A stretch of DNA of 38,682 nt from Salisapilia sapeloensis CBS 127946 (Eukaryota > Protista > Oomycota): contig JAADVB010000182.1 in NCBI GenBank assembly GCA_023334545.1, positions 1-38,682 on the forward strand, read 5' to 3'. A program made the translations under genes and the position numbers. Below, piece after piece: positions 9,983-21,200 of this stretch. Under the pieces are notes generated by a model. That model saw only the letters and a program-made list of their open reading frames with translations. It was not told the origin of the DNA and did no database searches. How positions within the stretch are numbered: the stretch's first letter is position 1; every line of letters starts with the position of its first letter.

Positions 9983-11410
9983 ATGAATCGCTTCATTCTC
10001 GTGAATAAGGAAATTCCTATCATTGAGTTATCCGAGAGGGACCGCCAGACGTATGACAACAAAGTCAGAGATATGCTCGCAGACACGCTAGTACAATACT
10101 CCAATTACACTGGAAAGCTAGCTCGGAATGAATGGTCCTTGATCCGAAAGGAGAAGTACATGTCCATCTATCGAGACGCGCGAAAGTCGAGCAATCCAGA
10201 TCAACGTTTCGTCCGCGGAATTGGCGTCTTCCAAGGGACTTTGCATGAGACCATGGACGGTCTTTACTCGGACAACACGCATGACCTTCGCTGCATGAAG
10301 ACCCACCTGAAGCACGATTGTCTAGATGCTGCTGTCTTGAATGTATCCGAAAAGCAGTCTCACGAATCCCCTTACAATTTCGCCGGAATTAAATGGTTCG
10401 CGATGCGAGCAGCGTGGGGTCTGGTCAGAACTCGTGATCTCTTAACCTACGAGCGGACCGGAATGACGACTGATAGCCAAGGCAACCAAATTGGTTATCA
10501 CATTCTCTATTCGATTGATAGGCCGGAGTGGCCGGTAGGTGTCTTACCAGGTGTCAGTCGAGGCTACACATCTACATGCTACCTTTACAAGCCAACTCCT
10601 GACGGTAAGAACACCAAAGTGTTTATGACTGGTGAAATGTACGGAATGGGAATGCTGGCCAAAGTCAGTGAGTACGTTGCTGCTCAGAAGTGGACGACGG
10701 TAGTACGTGCTCCTGCTACCTCTCGTGCGAAGAGGCTATCAAAGATGATGAAAGAGAAAGAGCCGGTGGACCGATCCGTCATGTCCAATAAGTGCGATGT
10801 CTGTCATAAAACGGCATCTAACTTCTCTAATTTCCATCAATGTGCAAGCTGTTGGAAGCAAGTTTGCAAGCGCTGCTCGATGCAAAAGAATATATACGAA
10901 GTCAATATGCACAAGCGACGACCGCTGTCCAAGCTCTTCTGCATTGCTTGTATTATCGACGGTAGCCAACTCCACTTTAGCGATTGCGTTTCGATTGTAT
11001 CTGAAACGCGAAAGAGTCAATCGGACTTTGCAAATGAAGAGACACCTACTTCTGCAAATCTTGTCCGAAACTCCAAGAGCGTTGGAGCAGATGATGATAT
11101 TGAAAAGCTTTACCCACCTGCCGCCAAAGGTAGCTGCAGGAACGAAAGATCAAATTCGTCCCCAATCCCAGCAATTTTCATGCCAACAAAGACGAGCGAT
11201 TACCCTCAAGTTGATGAATATGCCATGGTCGTGAGAAGTCGTATCACATCTTCAATCTGCGAAACGAAAAGCACCGTGGACGACGAACCTGAGCCGTATC
11301 CAGATTACATGGGCATGATAGAAAGACTTAGCCGCAAAATGACTGCAGTTACGCGGCAGCTGGATCACAATGAGGAAGTTATGATGGGAGATATTCATTT
11401 GAGGCGATAG
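9983..11410 (+). CDS. START-like + FYVE-like protein, paralog 3 (475 aa)
   Basis: Single exon and a close paralog of 8051..9490 (shared GTLHETMDGLYSDNTHDLRCMKTHLKH, GIKWFA.RAAWG, LTYERTG). Zinc finger CDVC..CASC..VCKRC..FCIAC. Confidence 0.9.
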   Translation: MNRFILVNKEIPIIELSERDRQTYDNKVRDMLADTLVQYSNYTGKLARNEWSLIRKEKYMSIYRDARKSSNPDQRFVRGIGVFQGTLHETMDGLYSDNTHDLRCMKTHLKHDCLDAAVLNVSEKQSHESPYNFAGIKWFAMRAAWGLVRTRDLLTYERTGMTTDSQGNQIGYHILYSIDRPEWPVGVLPGVSRGYTSTCYLYKPTPDGKNTKVFMTGEMYGMGMLAKVSEYVAAQKWTTVVRAPATSRAKRLSKMMKEKEPVDRSVMSNKCDVCHKTASNFSNFHQCASCWKQVCKRCSMQKNIYEVNMHKRRPLSKLFCIACIIDGSQLHFSDCVSIVSETRKSQSDFANEETPTSANLVRNSKSVGADDDIEKLYPPAAKGSCRNERSNSSPIPAIFMPTKTSDYPQVDEYAMVVRSRITSSICETKSTVDDEPEPYPDYMGMIERLSRKMTAVTRQLDHNEEVMMGDIHLRR

Positions 11411-12178
11411 TGGTGCATCGGCAGAGGCACGGCAGAGTGTCTACCGCAAAGATTGCAGAGCATTACCTTTGTATGAGTTCAAGGGATCTTCAACGATAGG
11501 ATGCATGAGTAGTTTGTATGTTTTTAAGACGCCATGGTAGCGTCGGACTTGCTAGAAGCGGTTTATGCACGGTCTTTCTAGCAACACAAATATATTTCGT
11601 TAACGTTATCCTCCTTGTACCGTACTCGTCGCTTGTGGTATACTCGCGCTTGCTCAAGTATTCTACTTTGGGTTTCCGCATTCGATCGAAGACCTCCAAT
11701 TCAGTAGCAATGTAGGATAGATTACGTCTAGAAGCAGTACTTCCGCCATTTTATGGCAAGGGATAGCTCATTGTGCGGCACCAAGTGCTCCATTGACCTC
11801 GCCCATGACTGTCCCTTTCTCTAGAGCCGTCATACGCGTCACTTGGTCGGTCCACGATATCCAAGGCCAACCCCATTCGACATCACCCACTTCACAGAAC
11901 CACTAAGTACCGACGATTGACAAGATATACGTAGACGCAGTTGCTTTGTGTGCCTATACCGGGCTGCTATGGCACAGAGTTCGAAATTGGTCACGCCAGG
12001 CGATTCCAATAGAACCGTGTACTTAGTAGTCGAAGCTTTTATATTAATCATGGGGCATCCTCGTTCCGCACCTAATTTTTGACGTACTTGACTCCGATCT
12101 TCCATTCCCCTCGAGTCGTCATTATCACATTCGCAGTCAACCACGCTGGCCACAACGACCCAAGTGCGAAAGTGCGAG

Positions 12179-13963
12179 ATGGACACCACAAGTCGTCACA
12201 CAACGCCAGTCGTCCCAATCACCAGCGTAAATGTTTTACCTCAAGACCTCCAGCTCGTATGCGATGCTGAAGCAGAGCATCTCCTTTGCAATGTCGATGA
12301 GGCATCAAGAATGATACAATTCTGTCAAGACAAGTCCAACGTGAACACAAGTGAGTGGAAACCTTGGCGTCGACTTAACTCCCTTCACTTCTACAAGCAC
12401 AGAAGCAATAGTTGTCGGTCGATGGCATTCGGCAGTCAGTTCGGATCACTCATGGATCTTCTTGAAGGCGTCGTCGCTTCAAACACCTCAACATTTCGCC
12501 GGCAGCAATCTCTGCTCTTTCCAGAGCTAATCGATGCCCAAGTCCTTCACAACCTTGACACCTCAAACCCCACGAGTCGTCACAGCATCCAGTGTGCATC
12601 TCCAATAACTCGAACGGTAAAATGGATTGCCGTGAAAAGTCTGGTACCAAAAGCCAAAGTACTTGATCTCCTTTTCCTCGAACAAGTTGGTACCATTCGT
12701 GATGTGAACGGTATTGAGCTCACGTATCGACTTCGATTCTCCATTGAATTGCCTGACGATCTATCATCATCCGCGGTCGTATGGAATGACATGAGTGAAA
12801 AGAAATACTTTGGCATGGCTAAGCGTAAGAGCGCTCTTCGTCGATGCAAACTATCGACTTGTGAGTTTTTCCGCCAGATTACCACAGAGTATATTGGTGT
12901 CTACATGACTGGAGACTTTGATGAAGCGATGGTTCTCGATGGCAAAGCGGAACGAAAGCATAAACTCTTTTCACCTCTGCGCAAGTCCACTGCCCCACTC
13001 TACGTTCGCGACCTTGTCGTCGCCAAGTATTGGACAGCTACAACGAAATATTGGGAACATTCGCATGCGACCAAATTCGGCATGCTCATCCGAGCAGATC
13101 TCCCAGCATCATCAACGCCCAAGAATCGTGACAGCCTTCGTAAGCTCCAAGCTCGTCGCTGGTGCGAACTGTGCTACACTTCTCTCTCGCTCTTGAAGAA
13201 AACAAAAGTATGTCGTGCTTGTGGGAAAGCAGTATGCTCCAGATGTCGTGTGAACAAGACCGTGTTCTCATCTGACTTGACCACGGAACCAAACCACAGT
13301 GCTTGTATTGGCGATTTTGAGCATGTTCGAGTGTGTCTGAACTGCGTCTGTCGTGTCGCGCTAACTACATCCGATGGACTCCGATCAAACATTCATGCTT
13401 CATCGCCTGCTTCTGCTTATGACACGTCTGTTTGCAGCTCGCCTGTCGACGGTCTTCCAGTTCGACCGGCTTCCACCCGTCCAGAACTTGAGAATCAGAG
13501 TAAAGACGTCTCCTTCAATCGCTTCACTGCACCGAATGTGTCTACAGCTACCGGTTCCAAGAGTGATGTAGGCTGCACTGCATCAAAGCGAGTGAGGCGC
13601 AAGCATAATCGTAGCGCCGACTTCATGCCGTCCAACTTTACAGCATCTGTGCCTGGTGCGAAGGAACTGCAGGGCCTAAAGGTCGAAATTCCATCAGTTG
13701 TAGAAGAAGGAATATTGCTTCACGATGACGATGAAGATGACCGCATAATGCTGCTTACATCCTTCGAAGCCAAATCCTCGAACACCAAGCTCGAAAAACA
13801 AGAAAGAGGATCCAAGTACGAGCCCATACGCCTTTTGGATGTGGGAAATGGCGTCAAAACTCGTCAAGAGAGAGCTGGGGCTGTTCCTCGACGTTCTCAT
13901 GTCAATTTAACCAGCATCAGTCAGCGCAAACCGTGTGCTTTCTTGGATGACGATCTCGATTAA
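12179..13963 (+). CDS. START-like + FYVE-like protein, paralog 4 (594 aa, most divergent)
   Basis: ATG at 12179; the track start at 12164 is a GTG. START-like segment (WKPWRRLNSLHFYK, GSLMDLLEGV, VKWIAVKS, LFLEQVG, FSIELPD). Zinc finger CELC..CRACGKAVCSRC..RVCLNC. Confidence 0.85.
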   Translation: MDTTSRHTTPVVPITSVNVLPQDLQLVCDAEAEHLLCNVDEASRMIQFCQDKSNVNTSEWKPWRRLNSLHFYKHRSNSCRSMAFGSQFGSLMDLLEGVVASNTSTFRRQQSLLFPELIDAQVLHNLDTSNPTSRHSIQCASPITRTVKWIAVKSLVPKAKVLDLLFLEQVGTIRDVNGIELTYRLRFSIELPDDLSSSAVVWNDMSEKKYFGMAKRKSALRRCKLSTCEFFRQITTEYIGVYMTGDFDEAMVLDGKAERKHKLFSPLRKSTAPLYVRDLVVAKYWTATTKYWEHSHATKFGMLIRADLPASSTPKNRDSLRKLQARRWCELCYTSLSLLKKTKVCRACGKAVCSRCRVNKTVFSSDLTTEPNHSACIGDFEHVRVCLNCVCRVALTTSDGLRSNIHASSPASAYDTSVCSSPVDGLPVRPASTRPELENQSKDVSFNRFTAPNVSTATGSKSDVGCTASKRVRRKHNRSADFMPSNFTASVPGAKELQGLKVEIPSVVEEGILLHDDDEDDRIMLLTSFEAKSSNTKLEKQERGSKYEPIRLLDVGNGVKTRQERAGAVPRRSHVNLTSISQRKPCAFLDDDLD

Positions 13964-14123
13964 ATCAATGGAAGAGAAGTCGCATTTTCTCAAGCTAGTG
14001 CAGTAAGCCATGGCGATTGAAGTCGTGGCAAATATACGTCAAATCCGTTTCAATAATTGAGCACTTTGGTTTTCGATCTACAACAGCTTTCGTTCGCTAC
14101 TTAAAGGAAGCGTCGGATCAAGT

Positions 14124-17100
14124 ATGAATCGATTAGAAGACTTTATGCCAGAGATGGCCAGTGTGTTGGAAGCGCAAGAGTCAGCACTAGAAAACGTTGT
14201 CTCTAGTCTGGTCACTCAAGTACATGAGCTTGTTAAGGACAACTCGAGACTGAATAAGCACGCTGAGGAGATGGAAGCCAATTATGGAGCTCTTAGGCTG
14301 GCCTTTACGGAATTGCAAGCAAAGCGAGATACTAGCACGGTGGTAACGAACCAACAAGTGCCTGAAATGAATATAGATATGGAAGCCACCATGGCTCGAT
14401 ATCTGCAAGAAAACATGAAAGCCGTTTTAGATCAACAGCTAGCGGATATGGAAACTCGAGTGACGTTACGGATGGATGAACAGGTACTGGAAACCTCAAA
14501 CCGGTCTTTCAAGCAAGCACAGCAGACGGCAGACGACATGAAGAACCAAGTAGCGCTGCTTGAAAAGAAATTTGAATTCCTATCGAGGGTTAAAATGGAG
14601 ATTAAGGAAGTCATTAGACGTATCGAGAGACAAGAAGAGCTTTGTAGTGATCTGAAAATCGGTATGGAAATGTTGGCCAAGAACATCGCGACGGACGATA
14701 CTGAGAGCGATGGCGATGAATCGAATTTGGATGAGCAATACGATTTCGAATACGACGGTATTGAAGGCTGGAAAAAGCACGAGCTATTCGAAAAGATCAA
14801 ATTATTTGATCCTTCTCTTAAGGAATCTTTAGAGCATATCGAACGAGAGGAAGGCAACAAATCTCTCCTAGAAATTATAAGAGCGAAAAACAAGAGGCAA
14901 AGATCTTTTGCTCATAGCCAGCGTAAACGGGAACTCGAGATCGAAGAAGCCCAGAAGTACTCTCTTACTGCTCGAAAAGAAGGTGAGCCTGCTCCGACCA
15001 ATAAATCGCCATACAAGCAAGAGAACAAGAGACGACAAGCTCCTGAAGCTGTAGAATTGAAAAAGGATGACGAGTTGCAGTCAAATCCAAGTCTTTGTCC
15101 AGATGCTATCCTCCCGGTCATTAATAACGAGGAAGGTGATCATACCGATTTCATAGAAGCAACTTCTGATCTGACAGCTAGAACAGTGTCTACACCGACT
15201 GCAGGAAACGAAGATTTTCAAATCTTGCAAACATCAGAGCCTGCACTACCGCAGAGTGAGAGGAAACCACTAGACGTTGTTCCTAGGACGATGAGAGATA
15301 GAATGGTGAGAAATGAAAACGATAATGTTAAAGAAGTACAAACGTACAAAGATATTGAAGAAGTACAAACGTACAGAGATACTGAAGAAGAAAGTTCTGT
15401 ATTGGTAGACACTGCTGCCGTAGGTAAATCTAATGATACGAAGGATGATATTGAAAGCCAAACGAGTAATGCAACTTCCGCAGCAGTATCTTTACAAGGA
15501 ACAGCACGTAGTGGTCGAAGTAGCCCTACTTCTGCGATGATGTCTCTGGAGGATGCACCGCCAGCTATAGGCTGTGTTCAGGCCACCCCTGTGGAACAAA
15601 TGGCTGTAACTAACCAAGCAGATGCGGGCACTGTGGCTTACTCTGGGGAACTAGATGAGCCACTAACTGCAACCCAGTCCATGCAGCTTGATAATATTGT
15701 CGAAGAGCCGACCGTCTTATTAACTGAGCAATTAAATGGCGAACAAACTTCAGAAGTGATTGCAGGTACTGCAGGTACGGAAAGCGGGCATCCATTATTG
15801 CCACACTTAATATTGCAAATGGCCAGAGCACCATCACGAAGATCAGTTCAGGACAGTGATATTGCAAAAGAAGAACATCGACCCAACGCCTCATCCACGA
15901 ACGACCCACAACAGCACATGAGTCGTCCTCGGTCTGCGTCTTCAACTGCCGCTATATCGTACAGAAGCGATTCATCTATTGCTTCTTTCGCCTCTTCTTC
16001 TGTAGTGAGCAGAAGTCGCAGGCGTAGCAGGTTTCAACGGCGGTCAAGTTACCGCGAACAGGACATACCAGCTCAACATACAGGACGCGCTTCTATAGTC
16101 GTAAGACTTCCTATGACTAGAGAACAAATCAAAGCGTTATGGCAGCGAACATTTAAGCGCCTCATACAATTAAACAGGCTGGAAATGCTGACGATAACTG
16201 GGGTTGATCGCAGCTACCTACCTAAACAGAGCGTTTCTGTCGGTAGTCGTATGAGAAGATTTGAAAGCATAATGGTTGATTTGGAAGATGCAATAGATGT
16301 TATCGACAGCAAAGTCCAGAACATTACGCAGACAATAGGTGTCCATGATCAGTTACTACAGACTTCCCTATCCACTCGACTTACACTAGTTGAGGAGTCT
16401 CAGCAAAAGAACTTGGAGAAGATTACGGAAGTCGCAAAAGACTTTGATGCGTTGGAGCAAGAGGTAAAACGTCAGTACGCTGCTTCAAAGCGAGAAAGCA
16501 TGCAATCTGGAATGAATCTGAGTACCGCAGTGGCTTCCGTAACAACGCAATGTGTGGATTTGAAACTAAGACTGGAGCAGCTTGCTGCAGATCATGAATC
16601 AACAAATGAGTCTGTGCGGCAGTTAATCGAGAGCGACATAAACTCTTTAACCGAGCAGATAGAAGCTACAAACAAAAAACTAAAGGATGAAATGGAGAAG
16701 ACTTCTTCTATGGCGTCTGAATGGAATCGTTCGCTAGAACGAATTGATTCCAGCCAAAAGGCTTCGTATGCTAAGCTCGAAGCGGAAACTGAAGGCTATG
16801 TCAGTCGATTGTACTCAGACATTTTGATGATGTCCGTTGCTCCTATCAACGCAGTAGAGATCGTTAAAAATGACCAAAAGAAGGCTGTTGTGCTAGGTGA
16901 TACCAAACGCAAGACATTGATCGACGTTAGCGCTCGCCTCTTGCACTCAGCAGTCAATCAGTTTTGTGAATTTGGCCAAGAAAAGATGCAAAAGGCTCAG
17001 TGGGAAGAAGGAAATGAAGTTGAACTAACAGGCAATCTATTGGAAAAGTTGTCGAGGTTTCATGCAGAAATTGGCAAGGTGCAAGAACAATACATGACTA

Positions 17101-18155
17101 CAAAGTCAAGCAGCCTTCATCTTCTAGCCAAGACGAACACGGATGGTGGAACTGGAACGGCAAGCAAGTCTTTGGAAGAGAAAATGGTAGTCTTGATGAC
17201 GGCGCAAATACGCCATTTAGATTCGCTCCTAAGTACCTGGGCCACTTTGGACTTTAATGACACTAATGAGCATGCTTTATACGATCTGAAATCTCATGTC
17301 CAAGACCTAGTGATCCAGCTTCGAGCTGTGCTATGGCTCATGTACTTGTGCTCTGAAATGCAAGAATCAAATCAGCATCGTGTATCGCTTCAAACCAACC
17401 AAGAAGAAATAAAGGAAGTAATAGTCGGATATGATGCATCCATCGCCCAATTCGAGTCAGTGGGTACGGTTGTGAAGCTGGTTAATGCACGAGTAGATTC
17501 TTTGCTTGAGCTTAGCCTCTGTTTTGCAAAAGAGGACGACATGAAGGCTTCACTTCAAGCGTTGATGGATGCATCTGAAGATGTCCGCACGCAACTTCAG
17601 GAGCAGGTGGAGGTGGTTAACTCAGACGCAGCTATTCGTGATGAAAAGATTGAAGAGGAAATAAAGCAATTGGTAGGTCGCCTCAGCAAGAAGTCGGACA
17701 AGGATGAGCTCTTGTGGACACAAGATGTATTGGAGCGGCAGCTCTACAGTATTGCAAAGGCTTCGCTAGGTGAAAATCATCTTCGATCTCTTCAACGCGC
17801 ACTGAAGAAGAAAGTTAATAAAGATCAACTTGAAGTGATGCTGACGGAGCAAAGGCTCGAGATTGCAAAGAGTGGTCTTGGGAGTGCTACATTATCGGAT
17901 AGTCCGTCCGTCGGTACCAAGTGCATCTCGTGCAGCGGAGAGCTGCCACCGACAAAAGCAATGATCAAAAGTTTAGTTAAAGCTCAAGTTCATCAAGAGT
18001 TGTCGAAGCTCCAGTCGCTCCGTAACCAATCTCCAAACGCGCCGACATCATCTCCACCCCCAGGTTTCAACGTCTCCAACTTTCGCAGCCTGGAAACTCA
18101 CAAGAAAGAGCTGTTGCGTGCAGCTAGTCAGCAGCCTCGTTCGACAAAGAACTAG
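14124..18155 (+). CDS. Large coiled-coil protein (1343 aa) with a disordered centre and C-terminal KCISC motif; possibly DUF4795/QRICH2-like C-terminus
   Basis: A 4-kb uninterrupted ORF with heptad-rich N- and C-terminal regions and a Ser/Thr/Glu-rich middle. The KSDKDEL...KKVNKDQL...TKCISC ending resembles the DUF4795 tail (family call from memory, weak). Confidence 0.85.
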   Translation: MNRLEDFMPEMASVLEAQESALENVVSSLVTQVHELVKDNSRLNKHAEEMEANYGALRLAFTELQAKRDTSTVVTNQQVPEMNIDMEATMARYLQENMKAVLDQQLADMETRVTLRMDEQVLETSNRSFKQAQQTADDMKNQVALLEKKFEFLSRVKMEIKEVIRRIERQEELCSDLKIGMEMLAKNIATDDTESDGDESNLDEQYDFEYDGIEGWKKHELFEKIKLFDPSLKESLEHIEREEGNKSLLEIIRAKNKRQRSFAHSQRKRELEIEEAQKYSLTARKEGEPAPTNKSPYKQENKRRQAPEAVELKKDDELQSNPSLCPDAILPVINNEEGDHTDFIEATSDLTARTVSTPTAGNEDFQILQTSEPALPQSERKPLDVVPRTMRDRMVRNENDNVKEVQTYKDIEEVQTYRDTEEESSVLVDTAAVGKSNDTKDDIESQTSNATSAAVSLQGTARSGRSSPTSAMMSLEDAPPAIGCVQATPVEQMAVTNQADAGTVAYSGELDEPLTATQSMQLDNIVEEPTVLLTEQLNGEQTSEVIAGTAGTESGHPLLPHLILQMARAPSRRSVQDSDIAKEEHRPNASSTNDPQQHMSRPRSASSTAAISYRSDSSIASFASSSVVSRSRRRSRFQRRSSYREQDIPAQHTGRASIVVRLPMTREQIKALWQRTFKRLIQLNRLEMLTITGVDRSYLPKQSVSVGSRMRRFESIMVDLEDAIDVIDSKVQNITQTIGVHDQLLQTSLSTRLTLVEESQQKNLEKITEVAKDFDALEQEVKRQYAASKRESMQSGMNLSTAVASVTTQCVDLKLRLEQLAADHESTNESVRQLIESDINSLTEQIEATNKKLKDEMEKTSSMASEWNRSLERIDSSQKASYAKLEAETEGYVSRLYSDILMMSVAPINAVEIVKNDQKKAVVLGDTKRKTLIDVSARLLHSAVNQFCEFGQEKMQKAQWEEGNEVELTGNLLEKLSRFHAEIGKVQEQYMTTKSSSLHLLAKTNTDGGTGTASKSLEEKMVVLMTAQIRHLDSLLSTWATLDFNDTNEHALYDLKSHVQDLVIQLRAVLWLMYLCSEMQESNQHRVSLQTNQEEIKEVIVGYDASIAQFESVGTVVKLVNARVDSLLELSLCFAKEDDMKASLQALMDASEDVRTQLQEQVEVVNSDAAIRDEKIEEEIKQLVGRLSKKSDKDELLWTQDVLERQLYSIAKASLGENHLRSLQRALKKKVNKDQLEVMLTEQRLEIAKSGLGSATLSDSPSVGTKCISCSGELPPTKAMIKSLVKAQVHQELSKLQSLRNQSPNAPTSSPPPGFNVSNFRSLETHKKELLRAASQQPRSTKN
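15333..15386 (+). repeat. 27-bp coding tandem duplication (2 copies, 2 mismatches) encoding EVQTYKDIE/EVQTYRDTE
   Basis: GAAGTACAAACGTACAAAGATATTGAA is followed directly by GAAGTACAAACGTACAGAGATACTGAA. Confidence 0.9.
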
Positions 18156-18249
18156 GTATCTACTCTAAGAACCAAAGGCAGAACAACACAGTAGCTATTT
18201 ACGTATACGCACAAACGCCCTGTTCTTCATGTTATACGACGTGAGTAGT

Positions 18250-21200
18250 TTAAAATACGGCAGCGGACACGAGGATGGCCTGCTGCATCTGCGAAGCGAT
18301 CTCCTTGACCAGGATCATGTTATTCTCGTCCTGCGCTAACGCCTTGACCGTCGGGTATATGTCAAATTCGACGAGGAATTGTGTCGGTGCCGTATGACTT
18401 TCAAATAAGCTCTTGAGCATCTTGAGCAAAGAGGTACGTACAATAGCCTTCGGGATGCGTCGCAGCTTGTTCATGATCTCACGCACGAACAACGCACTGC
18501 GTCCTAACGACTGGTTCAGTCGAACGCTGCGCGTCGCCATTTCTAAAATAGGCTCCAACAAGTTCTCAATGTCCGTGTCTTGAGCAACCTGGAAGCTACG
18601 TATGAGCGACATGAGATGGCGAGGTTCCAGTAGCACGTTCTCGACTTTGAGTGTTTCGTGGCCAAGCCAGACGCTGACAGATTTGGCAGCGTCGACTTGC
18701 CAGTACTTGTCCTGTAGTAGCTCCAGCAGCAGCTGAAGCCCCTTATTTGACCACAAGTAAGACCGAGCCGTGGGAGACGCCTGCGCCAGGTCGCACAAGA
18801 TAGGCACAGCGAACTGCTTGAGTGGTGTGCCTTCGTTGATGACCTTCATGATAAGCGGGACAACTCCCGCCTGTGCGGCATGGGTCTGTCGAGCACGGTT
18901 GATGCGGCACAAGTAGAACATGGTTAGCAGCACGAGGTTCTCAATTTCTTTGCCGTGGGACGTAGGTCGCGTCTGCTGCTCCGTCAAGACATTCACGAGG
19001 ACAGGGATCGTGCCTGCTCGATCCAGTTTGTCCAGCGTCTGCGGCTCCATGCTCAAGTTCCGCACGCAACGCAGTAGCGTCACAGTGGCTTCGTCGAATC
19101 CGTTCGACTGCCTCGCAGCTAGTTCAGAAGGCGACGGAGGATGCTCCGACCATGAACGTGGATGCAGCGCATCCAGCAGTCCTTCCAAGACCGCTCCGTC
19201 ACACATGTGCTCTTTCACGACGGCATCTCCTTGTGAAAACTTGAGCAACACATCACACATTTGGTTCAGCTCCTTTACGGACCAGGAAGCCGATCGGACG
19301 GTGGCTGCAAACCACTTGGATACATCAACGTTCTGACTGTGACTACCGATCGTCGAGTCTCTCAACGACTCTTCCTTGTCTCCTACATCTAGCGCAAGTG
19401 ATCGCACAATCTCTGAAAAGACAACGACAAAGTTCTTGAGCAGACCAGCCTTGACAAAGAGTCGGCATAGGTCATTCTTCGGAATGGTCTGCAGACGAAA
19501 GACGCTAAAGATACCTTCCAATCCGATACGTATGAGCTCTACTGTGTACTCTTGAGATGGTGCATGCGCATTCGGTCGTAGAAAGTCGACTAGCACAGGT
19601 AGACCGCCACAGGCGATGAACATTTGGAGCGTCAAAGAACTCGTGTGACAGCTCTGTCGCACGAACTTGCCTGCTTCTAGACGCACGAGACTCGAAAAAT
19701 CCTGTCCGAGACTCTCCGTGTCACTCGGTGCAGCGAGCATGGACGGACCGGAGATCAAGTTGTGTTGCTGCGTTAGTTTCAGGATGACTGGAAGCAGACC
19801 GACGAGTGCTAAATTCTCCTGGAACTTTTTATTGTCCTGGACGATGCGGTTGACGACCTTTAAGACAGCATGCAAGACGTCCATCCGCTTCATCTCCAAG
19901 GCTTCCATGATGTTAGGCACGACGCCTGGTTGGGACATGAGGTCTCGACTGAACGAGACGCTCGACGCTAGGACTTGCTCCAAGTCCGCACACGCGTCCA
20001 AGATGACTTCATCGTCCATACTCGGGTCGAGGCATGTGAGGAGCGTTACGGCTCGAGCCATCGTCTGTTGGTCCAAGTCCGAGCCATTGCTGTAATCAAA
20101 GTCCAGTTCATCCTCGAACAAGTTCTCTTCAAACGACGTGTCGTCTCCATTCGGAAGCGACGACATGTGCCGGATGACAAGCGGCGCCTCGGAGCTCTCC
20201 AAATCAAAGTCACCACTCACGTCGTGCTCTTCAGAATCCCCCTCCCCATCTTCCTCCGTCTGGAACGCAGCTAGTTTATCCTGCGTCGTACCATCCTCTG
20301 GACTCTTCTTCCGAGTTACAGCCATCTGCAGTTTATTCTCGTCCAAATCATCTAAACTAAAGTCTGCGCTATCGTCGTTCTCTCGAAAGTTACGCAGCTT
20401 GAGCAGTCGTTGCTCCATCGGCATGAGCGCCGACTTTCCCCAAGAAGAACTCGACGACGTGTCAAAGTTGTTCCCGTTCGATGGCGTGTGTCTCCGAAGA
20501 CTGTCCGTCCGGTCGTCATGATGTAGCATGTCCATATTCTCCTCATCCTTCTCTCCCCATACTTGTTCATCCAACAAGGCAGAAGCGTCCTCTTCACTCA
20601 GTTTAAACGCACTCTTCTCTTCTGTCTTCTGAGCACGTTTCGTCACGGCAGGCTTTGTGCTCGAGAGTGTGATCGGATGAGGCGTACTGTCGAGTTCAAA
20701 CTCTTCATCCCAGTCCTCGTCGTCCTCCTCTTCCACCATGTTTTCGCTATTGAAAGATGGAATGGGCGACGGTTGCTGCTCTTTTTCATAAAGTTTGATC
20801 GTGTTCAACATTGCGTCTCGTGCCAGTGACGACGTCACCTTTTCTTCCACGAGCAGTGTGCTCTGCTCGACTTTGTTCTTTGGGATTTGAGCGATCCACG
20901 GATGGTTCAAAAGCTCTTCGGCTGTGCTACGTAGTCTCGACTCTTTCATGAAACACTTCATGATAAAATCATGCAGCGCAGGCGAGATACGTTCCGGTAA
21001 CGGCGGATGGTCGTCCGATACGATGCGGAAGAAAGCTTGCATTGGTTGGAGGTCAAAGTATGGAGGTTTGGTCGTCACGAGTTCAATGATAGTGCAGCCG
21101 ACGCCCCAGATGTCAGAGGCAAAGGACCAACCGGCTAGCTCGATGACCTCGGGTGCCATCCAGTAGGGAGAGCCTACGAACGAGTCTGATTCAGGGGCGT

